Positions 39,568-51,710 are shown, counted from the first letter of the stretch. The stretch: DNA of 60,150 nt from Clostridia bacterium (GCA_051886195.1 JBJEXW010000011.1:1-60150), one strand, 5' to 3'. Program-made: numbers and translations. Notes: generated by a model not told the origin, from the letters alone.

Positions 39568-42500
39568 TTACTTTTTGTTTGTCATATATTCTCTTATTTT
39601 ATCTTTGTTTTTATATACTATAAAGCATATACCAATAGCACTTATAATTAATACAATGCTAAATAACATTACATTTATATCTGATGTATTCACTATCATT
39701 TCATTTGAAACATTTATTTCAGATGTGTTACCATCTATTTTAACTCTATGAGGAGTTGTATCTATTCTATATTCCTTAGGAGCACTAATTTCTGTATAAG
39801 TATATTCTCCATATGGAACATTTTCAAAATAATATTCTCCATTTTCGTCTGTTGTTCCCTCAATACTATAATCTGTTTCTAGACTTTTTAGTTCAAATTT
39901 ACAATTTGGAATTTTTTGACCTCCTAAGAAATCTGTTTTGGTTAGCTTAACAGTAGTTGTTTTTCTTAAATTTTCTACTTTTGTAATACTTACAGTTTGA
40001 TCATCATTTAGTGTAAATTCATGTAATTCATCATTTAAATCATATATATCTGGAGCACTTGTTTCTTTGTAATAATATATCTTTCCAACTTCAAGTAAGT
40101 CAATAGGCATGTAAAATTCGCCATTTTCATCCGTCTTATCTTTATATATCGCCTCTTTATTTTCATTTAATATTTCAAATTCACAATCTGGAATTATCTG
40201 AGAATTAAATGCATCTGTTTTGGTGAATAATTTAATATCAATTAATTTATTTGACACTTCAACTCTTAAAGGTTCGTTTATATGATTTTTTGTTATTTCA
40301 AATGAATATAATGTATCATCTATCTCATATCCTTTTGGAGCTGATATTTCTTTATAATAATATTTGCCAAAAGGAAGATTTTCTATATTTATTTCGCCAT
40401 TTATATCTGTTGTATATTCAATAGTCCCATCTTTTGTTACTAATTCTTTAGCCTCTCCATTATCGTCATAGTATATCTTAAATTTTGCACCAGCTAAAGC
40501 ATGTGTTCTATCTGTATTACTTCCACTAAAGAAGTCTGCCACTCTTTCTATAATATTTTTATTTTCTCTTGCATATTTATATAATCTAAATTTACCCAGT
40601 TGATCTAAGTCATCTACTATGATATCGTTTATATTAACATCTATTACTGGTGTAATATCATCTGTACTAATAAAATCAAAATTATATTTGATATCATTTA
40701 ATTTATAATTTTCATTTGTAGATTTTTCCTTAATATAGTATTTTCCTTGTGGTAAATCATAGTTTCCTGTTGAGTTTCCATCAACATTAACTTTAATTAT
40801 ATCTACTAGAACATCTTTTCCTATTATTTCTTTTCCTGAGTAATCTGTTAATGGTTCTCTTGTATATACTCCCAATTCCACATCCTTATATGCATCTTTT
40901 AGCAAATTGTCATAAATTGGCTTTTGTAAACTTTTCTTTAGTTTTAAATCAAACTTTTGTCTTACATCAATATAGTCTAAATTTTTATCATAAATATTTA
41001 CTTCTTGGCCTCTATATTCAAGTACAAATGGAACTTCTTCACTTTGAATCAAAAATCCACTTTTTGTTGCACTTTCTCTAATTGTATATTTACCTAAATA
41101 TAAATCCTCAGATTTACCAATTCCACTTGAATCAGTCTTAAATGTTACTTTATCTCCTGCATGCATTCTAATTGTTCCATCTGGAGTAATAATATCTTCC
41201 GCAGCAGTAACTGTATATTCAACTCCTTCAAGCCCTTTTTCTTCATAAGTTGGTCTTGTTATTTCGCCTTCTTTTATGGTACTAGATAGTACTTCACCTT
41301 TTTTAAATACTACTACTCTTGCTTTTTGAGCAGTATCAGGAAAATCTACAGTAATAGTCTTTTGAATTTCTGGGTTTTCAGGAGTTGTAGCATCAATTGT
41401 AAATGAAATTCTTGTAGTGTTTAAAGTATATCCATATGGAGCAGTTACTTCTTCTAACTCATATTCACCTGGAATTAATTCATTTGGAAGTATAAGTGTT
41501 CCATCATTTGAAGTTACAAATTCATCTATTTCAACTTGTGTAGGATAATTATATGTTTGTTTTATATACCTTTTGGCAGAAACATCCCATACCTTAAATG
41601 TTGCACCAGAAAGTGGAATAATATTTCCTGTTTCAGAGTCTTTCTTAACAATCTTTAGCTCTCTTCCTCTTCTTGGATCTTCAACTATATAATGTAATTG
41701 TTGTTTGTCTTTGGCTATATATACATCTTGTGGATCCATTATATCTATATATGGTAAACTTTTTGTTTCTGTAATTGTATACCATCCATAAGGAATATCT
41801 GTAAATTCTGCATATCCTATATCATTTACTATTGAAGTATATTTAGTATCAGGATTTGAATTTAAGCTTAAAGTTAGTTCTACTCCAGTTGCAGGATTTT
41901 TAGTTGTTGAGCCTTCTTCAAAATTTGTATTGTTTTGCTGATATTTAACAATATAAATATTTCCTTTTTCAACCATTTCTGTTGAAGTAATATCATGATA
42001 AGAAAACTCTTCATTTTGATTTACTCCTAGCTGTTCAACCTTATGTACAGTATCGTCTATTAAATATCCCTCTGGTCTTTTTGTTTCTTTTATATAATAT
42101 GTTCCAATCAAATAATTTCCTGTTGTAGCTTTATAGCTTCCATCGTCTTGTTTTCTTATTGTAACAGTCTCAACGGCATCAGTACATGTTTCATCTCTAT
42201 ATATTGTATATTCTGAATTTTCTAGTTTTGCATCACCTTGAGTCATTCTTCCAGTTTCTTTATCTTCTTTATATATTGTTATTTGCATTTTCTTAGCTAC
42301 ATTTTCTTTTGTATATCTATAAGGAGCTCTTTCAGATGAGTCTTGATCAATTGTTACATCAAAATTATCTATTTTTAATGCTTTATCTGGTACTTGAATT
42401 TCTTCAACTTCGTAAGTTCCAAAAGGTAGATCTCTTATTATGCAATATCCATTTTCATCAGTTACATTTGAATAGTACACCTTAGTTCTATCACTTTTTA

Positions 42501-44058
42501 GGGTAGCTGTAAACTTAGCTCCAGCCAAGTTTGTCTGTGGTGTAGAATCTGTTCTTTGTAACTTTTTTATTATTTCAATATCATTTTTCTTAACGTCTTC
42601 TTGAGTAGTAAATGTCTTATCCTCAAATTCAATATTTTGATTTTTAAAATCTACACTGAAACTTACTTCTTCATCATTTAAATTATATCCATTTGATGGA
42701 GTTTCCTCTCTGTAATAGTATTTTCCAATTGGTAAATCAATAGTATTTGTAACTCCATTTTCTCCTGTTGTTAAGGTTGCCACTTCCTGACCATCGTTAT
42801 ATAGCAAAGTCTTCTTATTCTGAGCATAAATATCTCCTTTAGCATAAATCTTATATATAGCTCCTGCAAGTGTAGCGTCACCTTGTGGTACATTTAATGT
42901 TTCACTATCTGTCTTTGTTATTTTTATATGTCCCTTTGACTCTTTATTTGCTTTGTTTGCTGAAATAGTAATTCCAGTTATTACATTTACTGATATATCT
43001 ACTCTATCGTTAAAATATCCATTTGCAGCACTTGTTTCAGTCACTGTATATGTGCCTGCTGGCAAATCCGTAAATCTTGCAATACCATTTGAATCAGTAA
43101 CTTGTGTCTGGATTGTTGTTCCATTTGAAACTTGAAAGGTAGTTTGAGGAATAGGCTCTCCATATTCATCTGTCTTTTTCACTTCTAAATTTCCAACTGC
43201 AATAATAGATCTGGCTAGATAAAATCTATTTGGAGAAGAGTTAGTTGAAGAACTTACATTAGTAGACAATAATGCTTGAGAACGTGGGCCAGTTGAATTA
43301 TATGCAGTTGTAGTATTATATACTGTTCCTACAGCATTAGCATACATATCTATTGAATTAATATCATAAGTTATAACTTCAAGTGGTATTCTTACTTGGA
43401 AAGTACTATCCCAAGAAATTCCACCTGTTTGCATCCAATTTCCATTCATATCTGTAATATATGTTCCATTTGGAAATCCATTTAAAGAAATATCATAATA
43501 CTCATTATTTGCTGCTTTTGTGACTGTAATTGGATTAGAAACATATTGCATTCCTTCTATATTAAAATCTATTGTATTAGTTGAAATATTAGGAGCTTCT
43601 ACGTTTCCACTATATGATGCTGCTGCATAATATAAATTTTTGGCAGCTTGAACACATCCTGGATCTCCAGGTTGTAGATTTTCAATATTTATTTGACCTA
43701 GTAATGCCCAAATAACAGCCTGCCTTATTTGGAAATCTGCAGCATCATTCCATGTATATCCATGATCTGCAATAAGCGCATAAGCTATTCTTGGATCACT
43801 ATATGGATATCCTTCATAATTTGTCTTAATAACTTTTACCGCCATTTCCAAGCAATACGCTTTTGCACCGTCAAGTGTATAATAGTATATTGCAGGTGAA
43901 CCATATACAGCATCATGTTCTGGTATACTAATATATAGTGTATCAAACTTAGCTGCGCCTGAAGTTAATGCTATAACTTTAGCTGGTGCAAAAATTAACA
44001 TACTAAATATAATTATAATAAAAAAATACCTTTTGTATTTCATACCTTTTTCCTCCAT
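39568..44058 (-). CDS. Large thioester-domain adhesin with SpaA repeats and sortase-like C-terminus
   Basis: AYCLE and RQAVIW thioester-domain motifs; many G.Y...E..AP.GY repeats; VNTSD + TM + basic tail. Confidence 0.85.
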   Translation of the reverse strand: MEEKGMKYKRYFFIIIIFSMLIFAPAKVIALTSGAAKFDTLYISIPEHDAVYGSPAIYYYTLDGAKAYCLEMAVKVIKTNYEGYPYSDPRIAYALIADHGYTWNDAADFQIRQAVIWALLGQINIENLQPGDPGCVQAAKNLYYAAASYSGNVEAPNISTNTIDFNIEGMQYVSNPITVTKAANNEYYDISLNGFPNGTYITDMNGNWMQTGGISWDSTFQVRIPLEVITYDINSIDMYANAVGTVYNTTTAYNSTGPRSQALLSTNVSSSTNSSPNRFYLARSIIAVGNLEVKKTDEYGEPIPQTTFQVSNGTTIQTQVTDSNGIARFTDLPAGTYTVTETSAANGYFNDRVDISVNVITGITISANKANKESKGHIKITKTDSETLNVPQGDATLAGAIYKIYAKGDIYAQNKKTLLYNDGQEVATLTTGENGVTNTIDLPIGKYYYREETPSNGYNLNDEEVSFSVDFKNQNIEFEDKTFTTQEDVKKNDIEIIKKLQRTDSTPQTNLAGAKFTATLKSDRTKVYYSNVTDENGYCIIRDLPFGTYEVEEIQVPDKALKIDNFDVTIDQDSSERAPYRYTKENVAKKMQITIYKEDKETGRMTQGDAKLENSEYTIYRDETCTDAVETVTIRKQDDGSYKATTGNYLIGTYYIKETKRPEGYLIDDTVHKVEQLGVNQNEEFSYHDITSTEMVEKGNIYIVKYQQNNTNFEEGSTTKNPATGVELTLSLNSNPDTKYTSIVNDIGYAEFTDIPYGWYTITETKSLPYIDIMDPQDVYIAKDKQQLHYIVEDPRRGRELKIVKKDSETGNIIPLSGATFKVWDVSAKRYIKQTYNYPTQVEIDEFVTSNDGTLILPNELIPGEYELEEVTAPYGYTLNTTRISFTIDATTPENPEIQKTITVDFPDTAQKARVVVFKKGEVLSSTIKEGEITRPTYEEKGLEGVEYTVTAAEDIITPDGTIRMHAGDKVTFKTDSSGIGKSEDLYLGKYTIRESATKSGFLIQSEEVPFVLEYRGQEVNIYDKNLDYIDVRQKFDLKLKKSLQKPIYDNLLKDAYKDVELGVYTREPLTDYSGKEIIGKDVLVDIIKVNVDGNSTGNYDLPQGKYYIKEKSTNENYKLNDIKYNFDFISTDDITPVIDVNINDIIVDDLDQLGKFRLYKYARENKNIIERVADFFSGSNTDRTHALAGAKFKIYYDDNGEAKELVTKDGTIEYTTDINGEINIENLPFGKYYYKEISAPKGYEIDDTLYSFEITKNHINEPLRVEVSNKLIDIKLFTKTDAFNSQIIPDCEFEILNENKEAIYKDKTDENGEFYMPIDLLEVGKIYYYKETSAPDIYDLNDELHEFTLNDDQTVSITKVENLRKTTTVKLTKTDFLGGQKIPNCKFELKSLETDYSIEGTTDENGEYYFENVPYGEYTYTEISAPKEYRIDTTPHRVKIDGNTSEINVSNEMIVNTSDINVMLFSIVLIISAIGICFIVYKNKDKIREYMTNKK

Positions 44059-44176
44059 TTTTTTTGTTTATTATTATTTTTTCTCATAGATATTTTTTTA
44101 TACAATTTTTTAATTTATTTTTTCTTGTTTGACTTTTAGTTATTGATTTTATATAATATATTTCAAGGTGGTAAAA

Positions 44177-45031
44177 ATGTCTGAATTTTTTACTTTTTTT
44201 ATATATTTTTTCATATATAGTGTTTTAGGATGGATTCTTGAAACATTATATTGTAGGATGCTTGATGGTAAATGGACAAATCGAGGTTTTCTATTTGGAC
44301 CATATTGTCCTATATATGGATTTGGTTCGTTACTAATAATAGCTTTTTTAAGCAATTTTATAGATTCACCAATTAAAGTATTCTTTCTAGGAATGATATT
44401 TACATCGCTCTTAGAATATATTACAAGCTTTTTACTTGAAAAAATTTTTAATGCAAAATGGTGGGATTATTCTAATAGGAAATTTAATATAAATGGTAGA
44501 ATTTGTCTTTTAAACTCACTTGAATTTGCTGCGTTAGGAATTATATTAACTTATTTAGTTCATCCAATATTATCTAGCTTTGTATTAAATATTCCGATAG
44601 AATTGCTTCAATTAATTTCTTTAGCACTTATTACTATTATGGGAATTGATACGGGCTCTACTATTGCAACATTATTAAATCTAAAGGAACGCCTAACAGC
44701 ACTTAAGGAATCTGCTGAAATGCTTAAAGCAAAAAAATCGTTACAAAGTAAGCTATCCGAGTTCGATTTAGCCAAGGAATTAAGTGAAATTAGGAAAAAT
44801 ATTGCTAGTAAAAGAAATTATCAAATTGAAAGAATTCTTGAAGCTTTTCCAGACTTGGAATTTAAAGGATTTAAAGCACAAATTAATGAATTTAAGTCTG
44901 AAATCCAAAAAATTAAAGAAGATATAAAGAAACAAAAATTAGCTATAAAAGAACGTCAAAAAGAATTAAAAATAGAAAAAAAGAATAAGAAGAAAAATAA
45001 AATTGATAATAAAGAAAATAAAGCAATGTAG
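44177..45031 (+). CDS. Putative ABC transporter permease (CmpB-like) with coiled-coil C-terminus
   Basis: YSVLGWILE, NRGFLFGPYCPIYGFG, KWWDYS, NINGRICL. Confidence 0.85.
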   Translation: MSEFFTFFIYFFIYSVLGWILETLYCRMLDGKWTNRGFLFGPYCPIYGFGSLLIIAFLSNFIDSPIKVFFLGMIFTSLLEYITSFLLEKIFNAKWWDYSNRKFNINGRICLLNSLEFAALGIILTYLVHPILSSFVLNIPIELLQLISLALITIMGIDTGSTIATLLNLKERLTALKESAEMLKAKKSLQSKLSEFDLAKELSEIRKNIASKRNYQIERILEAFPDLEFKGFKAQINEFKSEIQKIKEDIKKQKLAIKERQKELKIEKKNKKKNKIDNKENKAM

Positions 45032-45053
45032 GTTAATACATTGCTTTATTTTT

Positions 45054-45932
45054 TTATTCTACAATAAATCTCTTTAAATTTCTATCTTCAATATTTCCAA
45101 GTCCTATAAATCTGTTTTTATTGTATACACGTACAATTTGATTTGAAGATTCTACTTCTATTTTTACGCCATTTAAAAATTTATTTAATTCATCATCTGA
45201 TAATGTAATTTTTTTATTTTCTTCATAATAATCTTCTATTGATATAATTCTATCTAGCATATTTAGATAATCTAGTTTTAAAAAATCATATAATGGAATA
45301 CTATCTTCTATTTTAAAGTTGCCTGTTTGTGTTCTTCTTAATTCAGTCATAGTAGCACCACAGCCTATTTTTTTACCAATATCATTTACTAGACTTCTAA
45401 TATATGTACCTTTAGAACACGCAACATCAAATGCAACTTCTTTTGACTCTAAATCTATTTTTATATTATCTATACTATATATTTCTATCTCTCTAGGTTT
45501 AATATCAACATCTTTATCTTCTCTTGCATATTGATAAAGTTTTTTTCCATCAACTTTAATAGCCGAATACTTTGGAGGAAGTTGTTGTTGCTTTCCAATA
45601 AATCGTTTTATTCTTTCTTTTATGTATATTTCATCTTTATTAACAATACTTGCAAATACTATTCTTCCAGTAATATCATAAGTATCTGTTTCAACACCAA
45701 GTAACATTTTTACACTATATTTTTTTGATTCACTAATTAATTTATCACTTAATTTTGTAGCTTCTCCTATGCAAATAGGCAAAACACCTGTAGCTAGTGG
45801 GTCTAAAGTTCCAGTATGTCCAACCTTTTGATCTGGAAATATTTTTCTTATTGCATCTACTACGTCATGTGAAGTAATGCATTGAGGCTTATCTATATTT
45901 AAAATCCCATTTTTTGTTTGTGGTACTATCAT
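45054..45932 (-). CDS. truB: tRNA pseudouridine(55) synthase
   Basis: DKP..ITSHDVV, VGHTGTLDPLATGVL, PPKYSAIK, CSKGTYIRSL. Confidence 0.97.
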   Translation of the reverse strand: MIVPQTKNGILNIDKPQCITSHDVVDAIRKIFPDQKVGHTGTLDPLATGVLPICIGEATKLSDKLISESKKYSVKMLLGVETDTYDITGRIVFASIVNKDEIYIKERIKRFIGKQQQLPPKYSAIKVDGKKLYQYAREDKDVDIKPREIEIYSIDNIKIDLESKEVAFDVACSKGTYIRSLVNDIGKKIGCGATMTELRRTQTGNFKIEDSIPLYDFLKLDYLNMLDRIISIEDYYEENKKITLSDDELNKFLNGVKIEVESSNQIVRVYNKNRFIGLGNIEDRNLKRFIVE

Positions 45933-46879
45933 TATAACATCTCTCCTACTGCTTTTATTAGTTTTTCTTTTTCAACTTCAACATCCTCTTTCATAGTATA
46001 ACCAGCAGCTCTAGGATGTCCACCGCCGCCGAATTCTATAGCAATTTTAGAAATGTCTAATTTTCCGCCTGAACGCATACTAACTTTATTAGTTCCGTCA
46101 CTTCTGCCTCTAACATATACTGCAATTTCTGTTCCTTCCACTGCTCTTAGATAATTTGTCATTCCTTCTGAATCTTCGTCATTTATTCCAAGATTTTTAA
46201 TTTCTTCATAACTAACATAAGAATATCTCATTTTTCCATCATAAAGTACTTCCATATTATCTATAGTCTTGGCAATAAGCTTTAATTTTGCTTCTTTCAT
46301 TGTATCGTTCAATTTTTTACAAACATATACAGAGTCTGCTCCACAGTCTAATAAATCTGCTGTTACTCTAAAAGTATCTGAATTTGCATTTGAATAATTA
46401 AAGCTACCTGTATCTGTCATAATTCCAGTATAAAGTAAAGTAGCCATTTCTTTATCTATTTCTATTCCTAAATATTTAATAAATAAATATGCTATCTCAC
46501 TTGCTGAAGATTTATTATCATTAATATATCTAAAGTCTCCATAAGGTCTAGATACCTGATGATGATCTAGCATTATTACTTTCTTAGCTTTATTGTAATC
46601 ATCAATACTCATGGCAAGTCTTGTATAGTCACTTGAATCCAATGCTATTAATAAATCGTATTCATCATCTTCAACACATTTAACACTTGTATTCACTTCT
46701 GGTAAAAATTCAAATACTGTTGAATACGACGGCATAATTACATGCACTTGTTTTCCTATCTTTTTTAGTGCTAAATAAATAGCAAATGTAGAACCTATTG
46801 CATCACCATCTGGATTAATATGTGCTACTATGTATACAGATTTTGAATTATCTATTATTTCTTTTGCTTCTTTAAACAA
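45932..46879 (-). CDS. nrnA: DHH-family bifunctional oligoribonuclease/PAP phosphatase
   Basis: HINPDGDAIGS, DHH, TDTG, GGGGHPRAAG; TTG start at 46879 behind GGGGGG. Confidence 0.9.
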   Translation of the reverse strand: MFKEAKEIIDNSKSVYIVAHINPDGDAIGSTFAIYLALKKIGKQVHVIMPSYSTVFEFLPEVNTSVKCVEDDEYDLLIALDSSDYTRLAMSIDDYNKAKKVIMLDHHQVSRPYGDFRYINDNKSSASEIAYLFIKYLGIEIDKEMATLLYTGIMTDTGSFNYSNANSDTFRVTADLLDCGADSVYVCKKLNDTMKEAKLKLIAKTIDNMEVLYDGKMRYSYVSYEEIKNLGINDEDSEGMTNYLRAVEGTEIAVYVRGRSDGTNKVSMRSGGKLDISKIAIEFGGGGHPRAAGYTMKEDVEVEKEKLIKAVGEML

Positions 46880-46905
46880 TACAATCCCCCCAAACATATT
46901 AAAAT

Positions 46906-47259
46906 TTATTTATTCATATTATCTTTATCTATTACTTCTTTTATAACTCTATCCATATGTTCACCATATTCCATTGAATTATCTAGTTCAAAAGTAATAT
47001 CTGGCATATTTCTCATTCTGACTCTTCTACCAAGCTCTTTTTTAATAAAGCCTGTTGCTTTTTTCAAAGCATCAATTACTTTATTTTTATTTCCTTTTCC
47101 ATATATGCTTACATAAACTTTAGCATATTTTTGATCAGGAGTTATTTTCACATCTGTTACAGAAATAAGTCCTGTAACAGATGGTTCTTTAACTTCATTC
47201 ATAATTATATCGCTTAATGCGATTTTAACGTCTTGTTCTAATCTTTCGTGTCTTTGCAT
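46906..47259 (-). CDS. rbfA: Ribosome-binding factor A
   Basis: SVTDVKITPD..YAKVYVS, ATGFIK, PDITFELD; follows infB. Confidence 0.95.
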   Translation of the reverse strand: MQRHERLEQDVKIALSDIIMNEVKEPSVTGLISVTDVKITPDQKYAKVYVSIYGKGNKNKVIDALKKATGFIKKELGRRVRMRNMPDITFELDNSMEYGEHMDRVIKEVIDKDNMNK

Positions 47260-47269
47260 ATATTTCCTC

Positions 47270-50257
47270 CTATTTTACTTCTTCCATTGTGAAGCACTCA
47301 AATATGTCTCCTTCTTTAATGTCACTATAATTTTCAAGTTTAATACCACACTCGTAATTTTCATTTACTTCTTTTACATCATCTTTTTCTCTTTTTAAAG
47401 AATCAATTTTTATTTCAAGTAGCACAATATTGTCTCTTACAAGTCTTACCATTGCTCCTCTAACTATCTTACCAGATTTTACATAACATCCTGCAACAAT
47501 ACCAACACCTGTAATTTTGAAAATTTTTCTAACTTCAGCTGTACCATATTTAACTTCTTTGTATTTTTTAGGCATCATTCCTTTAAGGGCAGTTTCAACA
47601 TCATTTATAGCATCGTATATAACGCTATAAAGTCTCATATCTACTTTTTCTTTCTTTGCTTGTTGTTCTGCAGCTGCCTCTGGTCTAACATTAAATCCAA
47701 TGATAATTGCATTAGATACTGATGCAAGTGTTACATCTGATTCTTTTATTCCACCAGTTGAAGCATGTAATATTCTTACTCTTACTTCATCATTAGATAA
47801 TTTTAATAATGAATCTTTCATTGCTTCAACAGATCCTTGAACATCTGCTTTTATTATAATATTTAACTCTTTAATTTTACCTTGTTTTATTTGACCAAAC
47901 AAATCATCTAATGTGATCTTACTTCCTTGTTTTATAAGATCCATTCTTTGTTTTGCAATTCTCTTTTCAATTAACTGTTTTGCAACCTTTTCATTTTCAA
48001 CTTCATAGAAAACATCTCCTGTTTGAGGTACATGAGATAATCCCAATATTTCAACTGGAGTAGATGGCCCTGCTGCTTTAACTGCTCTACCTTTATCGTC
48101 CTTCATAGCACGAACTTTTGCTACCATATCTCCAACCACTATTGTATCACCAACATTTAATTGTCCTCTTTGAACAAGCATTGATACTATTGTTCCCTTT
48201 GTTTTATCTAGTCTAGCCTCAATTACTGTACCTTTAGCTTGTTTATTTGGATTTGCTTTTAAATCTTTCATATCTGCAATTAAAAGTAACATTTCAAGTA
48301 AATTATCTATTCCTTCACCAGTTCTAGCAGAAATAGGAACACATATTGTATCTCCGCCCCATTCTTCAGGAACCAAGTCATGTTCTAATAATTCTTGTTT
48401 TACTCTTTCAACATTAGCACCTGGTTTATCTATTTTGTTTATTGCAACAAGAATGCTTACTCCTGCTGCTTTAGCATGGTCTATAGCCTCAACGGTTTGT
48501 GGCTTAATACCGTCATCTGCAGCAACTATTATTATAGCAATATCTGTTATCTGTGCTCCTCTTGCTCTCATAGCAGTAAATGCTTCATGTCCTGGTGTAT
48601 CTAAAAAGCATACTTCTCTATCCTTAACTTTAACTTTATATGCTCCTATGTGTTGTGTTATACCACCAGCTTCTCCTTCAACTACATTTGTTTTTCTTAA
48701 TCTATCTAAAAGTGATGTTTTACCATGATCTACGTGTCCCATAACAACAACTATAGGTGGTCTAGGTACTAAATCTTCTTCTTTATCTTCGCTGTCATCA
48801 AATAATATATCTTCTTCTGTTACAACAACTTCTTTTTCTGCTGTAATTCCAAATTCGCTTGCAATTAAATATGCAGTATCAAAATCTATATCTTGATTTA
48901 CAGTAGCCATTATTCCCATTGAAAATAATTTTTTAATTACTTCTGATGCTTGTTTCTTTATTGCTTCAGCAAACTCTTTTACAGTCATAGTCTCTGGAAG
49001 TTTAACTTCTGTCATAGGTATTATTTTAGTTTGCTTCATTTCTACTTTTTGAGCTTTATTCTTTTTCTTTCCAGAACCTTTTCTAGATAAATCACTATCT
49101 CTTTCGTATAAATCCATTAGGCCTTCTTGACTTATTTCCATTCCTCTAAGTCTTCCTGTAGAAACTCTAGAATGTTCTTCTCTTAATTTATTTTTATCTA
49201 TTTTCTCTTTTCTATTTTCTAAATTTGCTGAGTTTTTCTCATTATATTTTTTCTTATCTCTATCAATATTAACAGAATTATATTCTCTAGATTCTTTTTG
49301 CTCAACTATAGTTTTTTCAGCTTGTTTAATAAATTTATTTACTTGATATGAAGTATTATCTGAATTTTGTCTTTGATCTCTTCTAAAGTTATTTCTTTGT
49401 GGTCTATCACCATTTTGATCATTACGAGAAAAGTTATTATTTCTTTTGAAGTCTTTTACATTATCTCTGCCATTATTATCTCTACTATTTGAATTTCTAT
49501 TATAATTTGGGTTATTTTGGGAATTATAATTATTATTCTTTTTGTAGTTACCATCTCTATTTTCTTTATTATTTCTATTATTATAGTTATTTGGTCTAGA
49601 ATTTGCATTTCTAGTATTTTTTGCAGTATTATCATTATTTTTTGATATTTGTGTACTATTTTTTTCCATATTATTTTCGCTCACTTTTATTTCATTTTTT
49701 ACTTCTTTTACTTCTTCTTTTTTAATTACAGGTTTTACTTCTTCTATAATCTCTTTCTTTACTTCTGGTTTTTCAACTGCTTCTACTTTTTTCTCTGGTA
49801 CTACAGGCTCTGCTTTTTCGACTGGTTTACCGTTTCTTGTAATAACTATATTATTTCTATTATTTTGAAATCTATTTCTTCTATCATAAGAATTATTTCT
49901 ATTTTTATTTTGTAAATTATTATTATTTTTATTATTACTAGTTGAAGGTTTATTACTTGAACTTTGATGAGACTTCTTAATATCTCCAGACACATTGGTT
50001 GTAATTTCATTTACTTCTTTTCCTTCTTCACTAGTATTAATAACTCTTACATTTCTTCTAATAATATGTACTTGCTCTTGCTTCTTTTCCTCTTTAGCAG
50101 TTTTTTGTGTACTTCCTTTTACTTTTTCAACGTCACTTTCTTCAAGTGTTGACAAATGAGATTTTACTTCTATTCCCATTTTATTTAATTTATCTATCAT
50201 TTCAGTATTAGATAAATTCATCATTTTAGCTAATTCATATACTTTTAATTTTCCCAA
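47270..50257 (-). CDS. infB: Translation initiation factor IF-2
   Basis: [28 protein letters not shown]; long Asn-rich N-terminal region; TTG start. Confidence 0.98.
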   Translation of the reverse strand: MGKLKVYELAKMMNLSNTEMIDKLNKMGIEVKSHLSTLEESDVEKVKGSTQKTAKEEKKQEQVHIIRRNVRVINTSEEGKEVNEITTNVSGDIKKSHQSSSNKPSTSNNKNNNNLQNKNRNNSYDRRNRFQNNRNNIVITRNGKPVEKAEPVVPEKKVEAVEKPEVKKEIIEEVKPVIKKEEVKEVKNEIKVSENNMEKNSTQISKNNDNTAKNTRNANSRPNNYNNRNNKENRDGNYKKNNNYNSQNNPNYNRNSNSRDNNGRDNVKDFKRNNNFSRNDQNGDRPQRNNFRRDQRQNSDNTSYQVNKFIKQAEKTIVEQKESREYNSVNIDRDKKKYNEKNSANLENRKEKIDKNKLREEHSRVSTGRLRGMEISQEGLMDLYERDSDLSRKGSGKKKNKAQKVEMKQTKIIPMTEVKLPETMTVKEFAEAIKKQASEVIKKLFSMGIMATVNQDIDFDTAYLIASEFGITAEKEVVVTEEDILFDDSEDKEEDLVPRPPIVVVMGHVDHGKTSLLDRLRKTNVVEGEAGGITQHIGAYKVKVKDREVCFLDTPGHEAFTAMRARGAQITDIAIIIVAADDGIKPQTVEAIDHAKAAGVSILVAINKIDKPGANVERVKQELLEHDLVPEEWGGDTICVPISARTGEGIDNLLEMLLLIADMKDLKANPNKQAKGTVIEARLDKTKGTIVSMLVQRGQLNVGDTIVVGDMVAKVRAMKDDKGRAVKAAGPSTPVEILGLSHVPQTGDVFYEVENEKVAKQLIEKRIAKQRMDLIKQGSKITLDDLFGQIKQGKIKELNIIIKADVQGSVEAMKDSLLKLSNDEVRVRILHASTGGIKESDVTLASVSNAIIIGFNVRPEAAAEQQAKKEKVDMRLYSVIYDAINDVETALKGMMPKKYKEVKYGTAEVRKIFKITGVGIVAGCYVKSGKIVRGAMVRLVRDNIVLLEIKIDSLKREKDDVKEVNENYECGIKLENYSDIKEGDIFECFTMEEVK

Positions 50258-50514
50258 ATTTCTTCCCCCAATTCTTTTAATACTCCTAATATACTATCTA
50301 AATCCACATTAATTTTTAAATTAACTCTATTCTTTAATATAGCTTTTTGTAGATTATTAATACATTTTTTATCTTTACAAATATATATCCCTCTACTATT
50401 GATATTCTGATTTATATCTATTATAGCATTTTTTTCTTTATCTGCTACAATTCTAATAAAATCTTCTTTATTCTTCCTAGTCTTACATGCAATACAGCAC
50501 CTAATAGGTATCAT
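50245..50514 (-). CDS. ylxR: YlxR family RNA-binding protein
   Basis: [19 protein letters not shown]; lies between nusA and infB. Confidence 0.9.
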   Translation of the reverse strand: MIPIRCCIACKTRKNKEDFIRIVADKEKNAIIDINQNINSRGIYICKDKKCINNLQKAILKNRVNLKINVDLDSILGVLKELGEEIWEN

Positions 50515-50528
50515 TAAATCACCTTTTT

Positions 50529-51710
50529 CTATTCTACTACTGTTTCTTTTATTTGTGTTTCTGTCTTAATATCTATTTTCCAACCAGTTAATTTTGCAGC
50601 TAATCTTACATTTTGTCCGCCTGCACCAATTGCAAACACTAAAGCATCATCTGGTACAACAACTGTTGCAATTTTTTCTTCGTCATTAATATCTATTGCA
50701 AGTATTGGTGCTGGTGATATAGCATTTATTATATAACTTGGTACATCTTCACTATATGGTATTACATCTATTTTCTCACCATTTAATTCATCAATTATTG
50801 GTTGTATTCTCATACCTTTTTTACCAACTAAGCTTCCTACAGGGTCAACATTTTCATCATTTGACCATACAGATATTTTAGTTCTACTTCCAGCTTCTCT
50901 AGCAACATCTTTTATTTCTACAATTCCGTCCATAATTTCAGGAACTTCATTTTCAAATAGTTTTCTAACAAAATTTTCACTCTTTCTAGATAATGTTATC
51001 TTTGGTGATGATATTCCTGTTTCATTTACAACATTTGTTACTAAAGCTTTTATTTTTTGATGTGGTTGTAATTTTTCAGTTTTAATTTGCTCTGATGTAG
51101 GAATTAATGCTTCAACTCTTCCAAGATCTACAATTATTCCATATTTTTCAGTTTTTTGAACCGTTCCAACTATTATTTGACCAACTTTATCTGCATATTG
51201 AGTATATACTAAATTTTTCTCTGCTTCATTTATTTTTTGAATTAAAATATTTTTTCCAGTTGATGCTGCAATTCTTCCAAAGTTTTTTGGAGTAACTTCA
51301 ACTTTAACTGAGTCTCCAAGCTTAACCTTTTTAGAAATCATTTTAGCATCTTCTAGTGATATTTTAACTCCTTGTTCTTTTTCTTCAACTTTTTCAACAA
51401 CTTCTTTTACACAATATACTTTTATTGATTGTTCAGTAATTTCAACATCAATATCTTGTGGTATTAAGTATCCATTTTTTGTTTCTTTTCTTTCTTCTGC
51501 ACCTTCTGATTTAACAAGTTCATCTTCTTTAGTCTTTTTTCTTTCTTCTCTTTCATCTAAGCAATGAGTATTAATAAAATCTCTTTTATATGCTACTTTT
51601 AAAGCAGATTTTAAAGAATCAATTAAATATTCTCTTGTTATTCCTTTCTCTTGATAAATTTGATCAATTGCATTAAACAATTCTTTTGAACTAATTTTTT
51701 CACTCTTCAT
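50529..51710 (-). CDS. nusA: Transcription termination factor NusA with a charged N-domain insertion
   Basis: FGRIAA, S1 domain, AREAGSRTK, GEKIDVI, GQNVRLAAKLTGWKIDIK. Confidence 0.97.
   Translation of the reverse strand: MKSEKISSKELFNAIDQIYQEKGITREYLIDSLKSALKVAYKRDFINTHCLDEREERKKTKEDELVKSEGAEERKETKNGYLIPQDIDVEITEQSIKVYCVKEVVEKVEEKEQGVKISLEDAKMISKKVKLGDSVKVEVTPKNFGRIAASTGKNILIQKINEAEKNLVYTQYADKVGQIIVGTVQKTEKYGIIVDLGRVEALIPTSEQIKTEKLQPHQKIKALVTNVVNETGISSPKITLSRKSENFVRKLFENEVPEIMDGIVEIKDVAREAGSRTKISVWSNDENVDPVGSLVGKKGMRIQPIIDELNGEKIDVIPYSEDVPSYIINAISPAPILAIDINDEEKIATVVVPDDALVFAIGAGGQNVRLAAKLTGWKIDIKTETQIKETVVE

Noticed and set aside
35467-44058. Recurrent motifs that could suggest a CRISPR-like or recombination array
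   Set aside because: They are degenerate protein-level SpaA repeats inside intact ORFs, with no identical DNA repeat-spacer structure
49400-49960. AAT-rich low-complexity repeats
   Set aside because: They encode the Asn/Arg-rich disordered IF-2 N-terminal region, not an array
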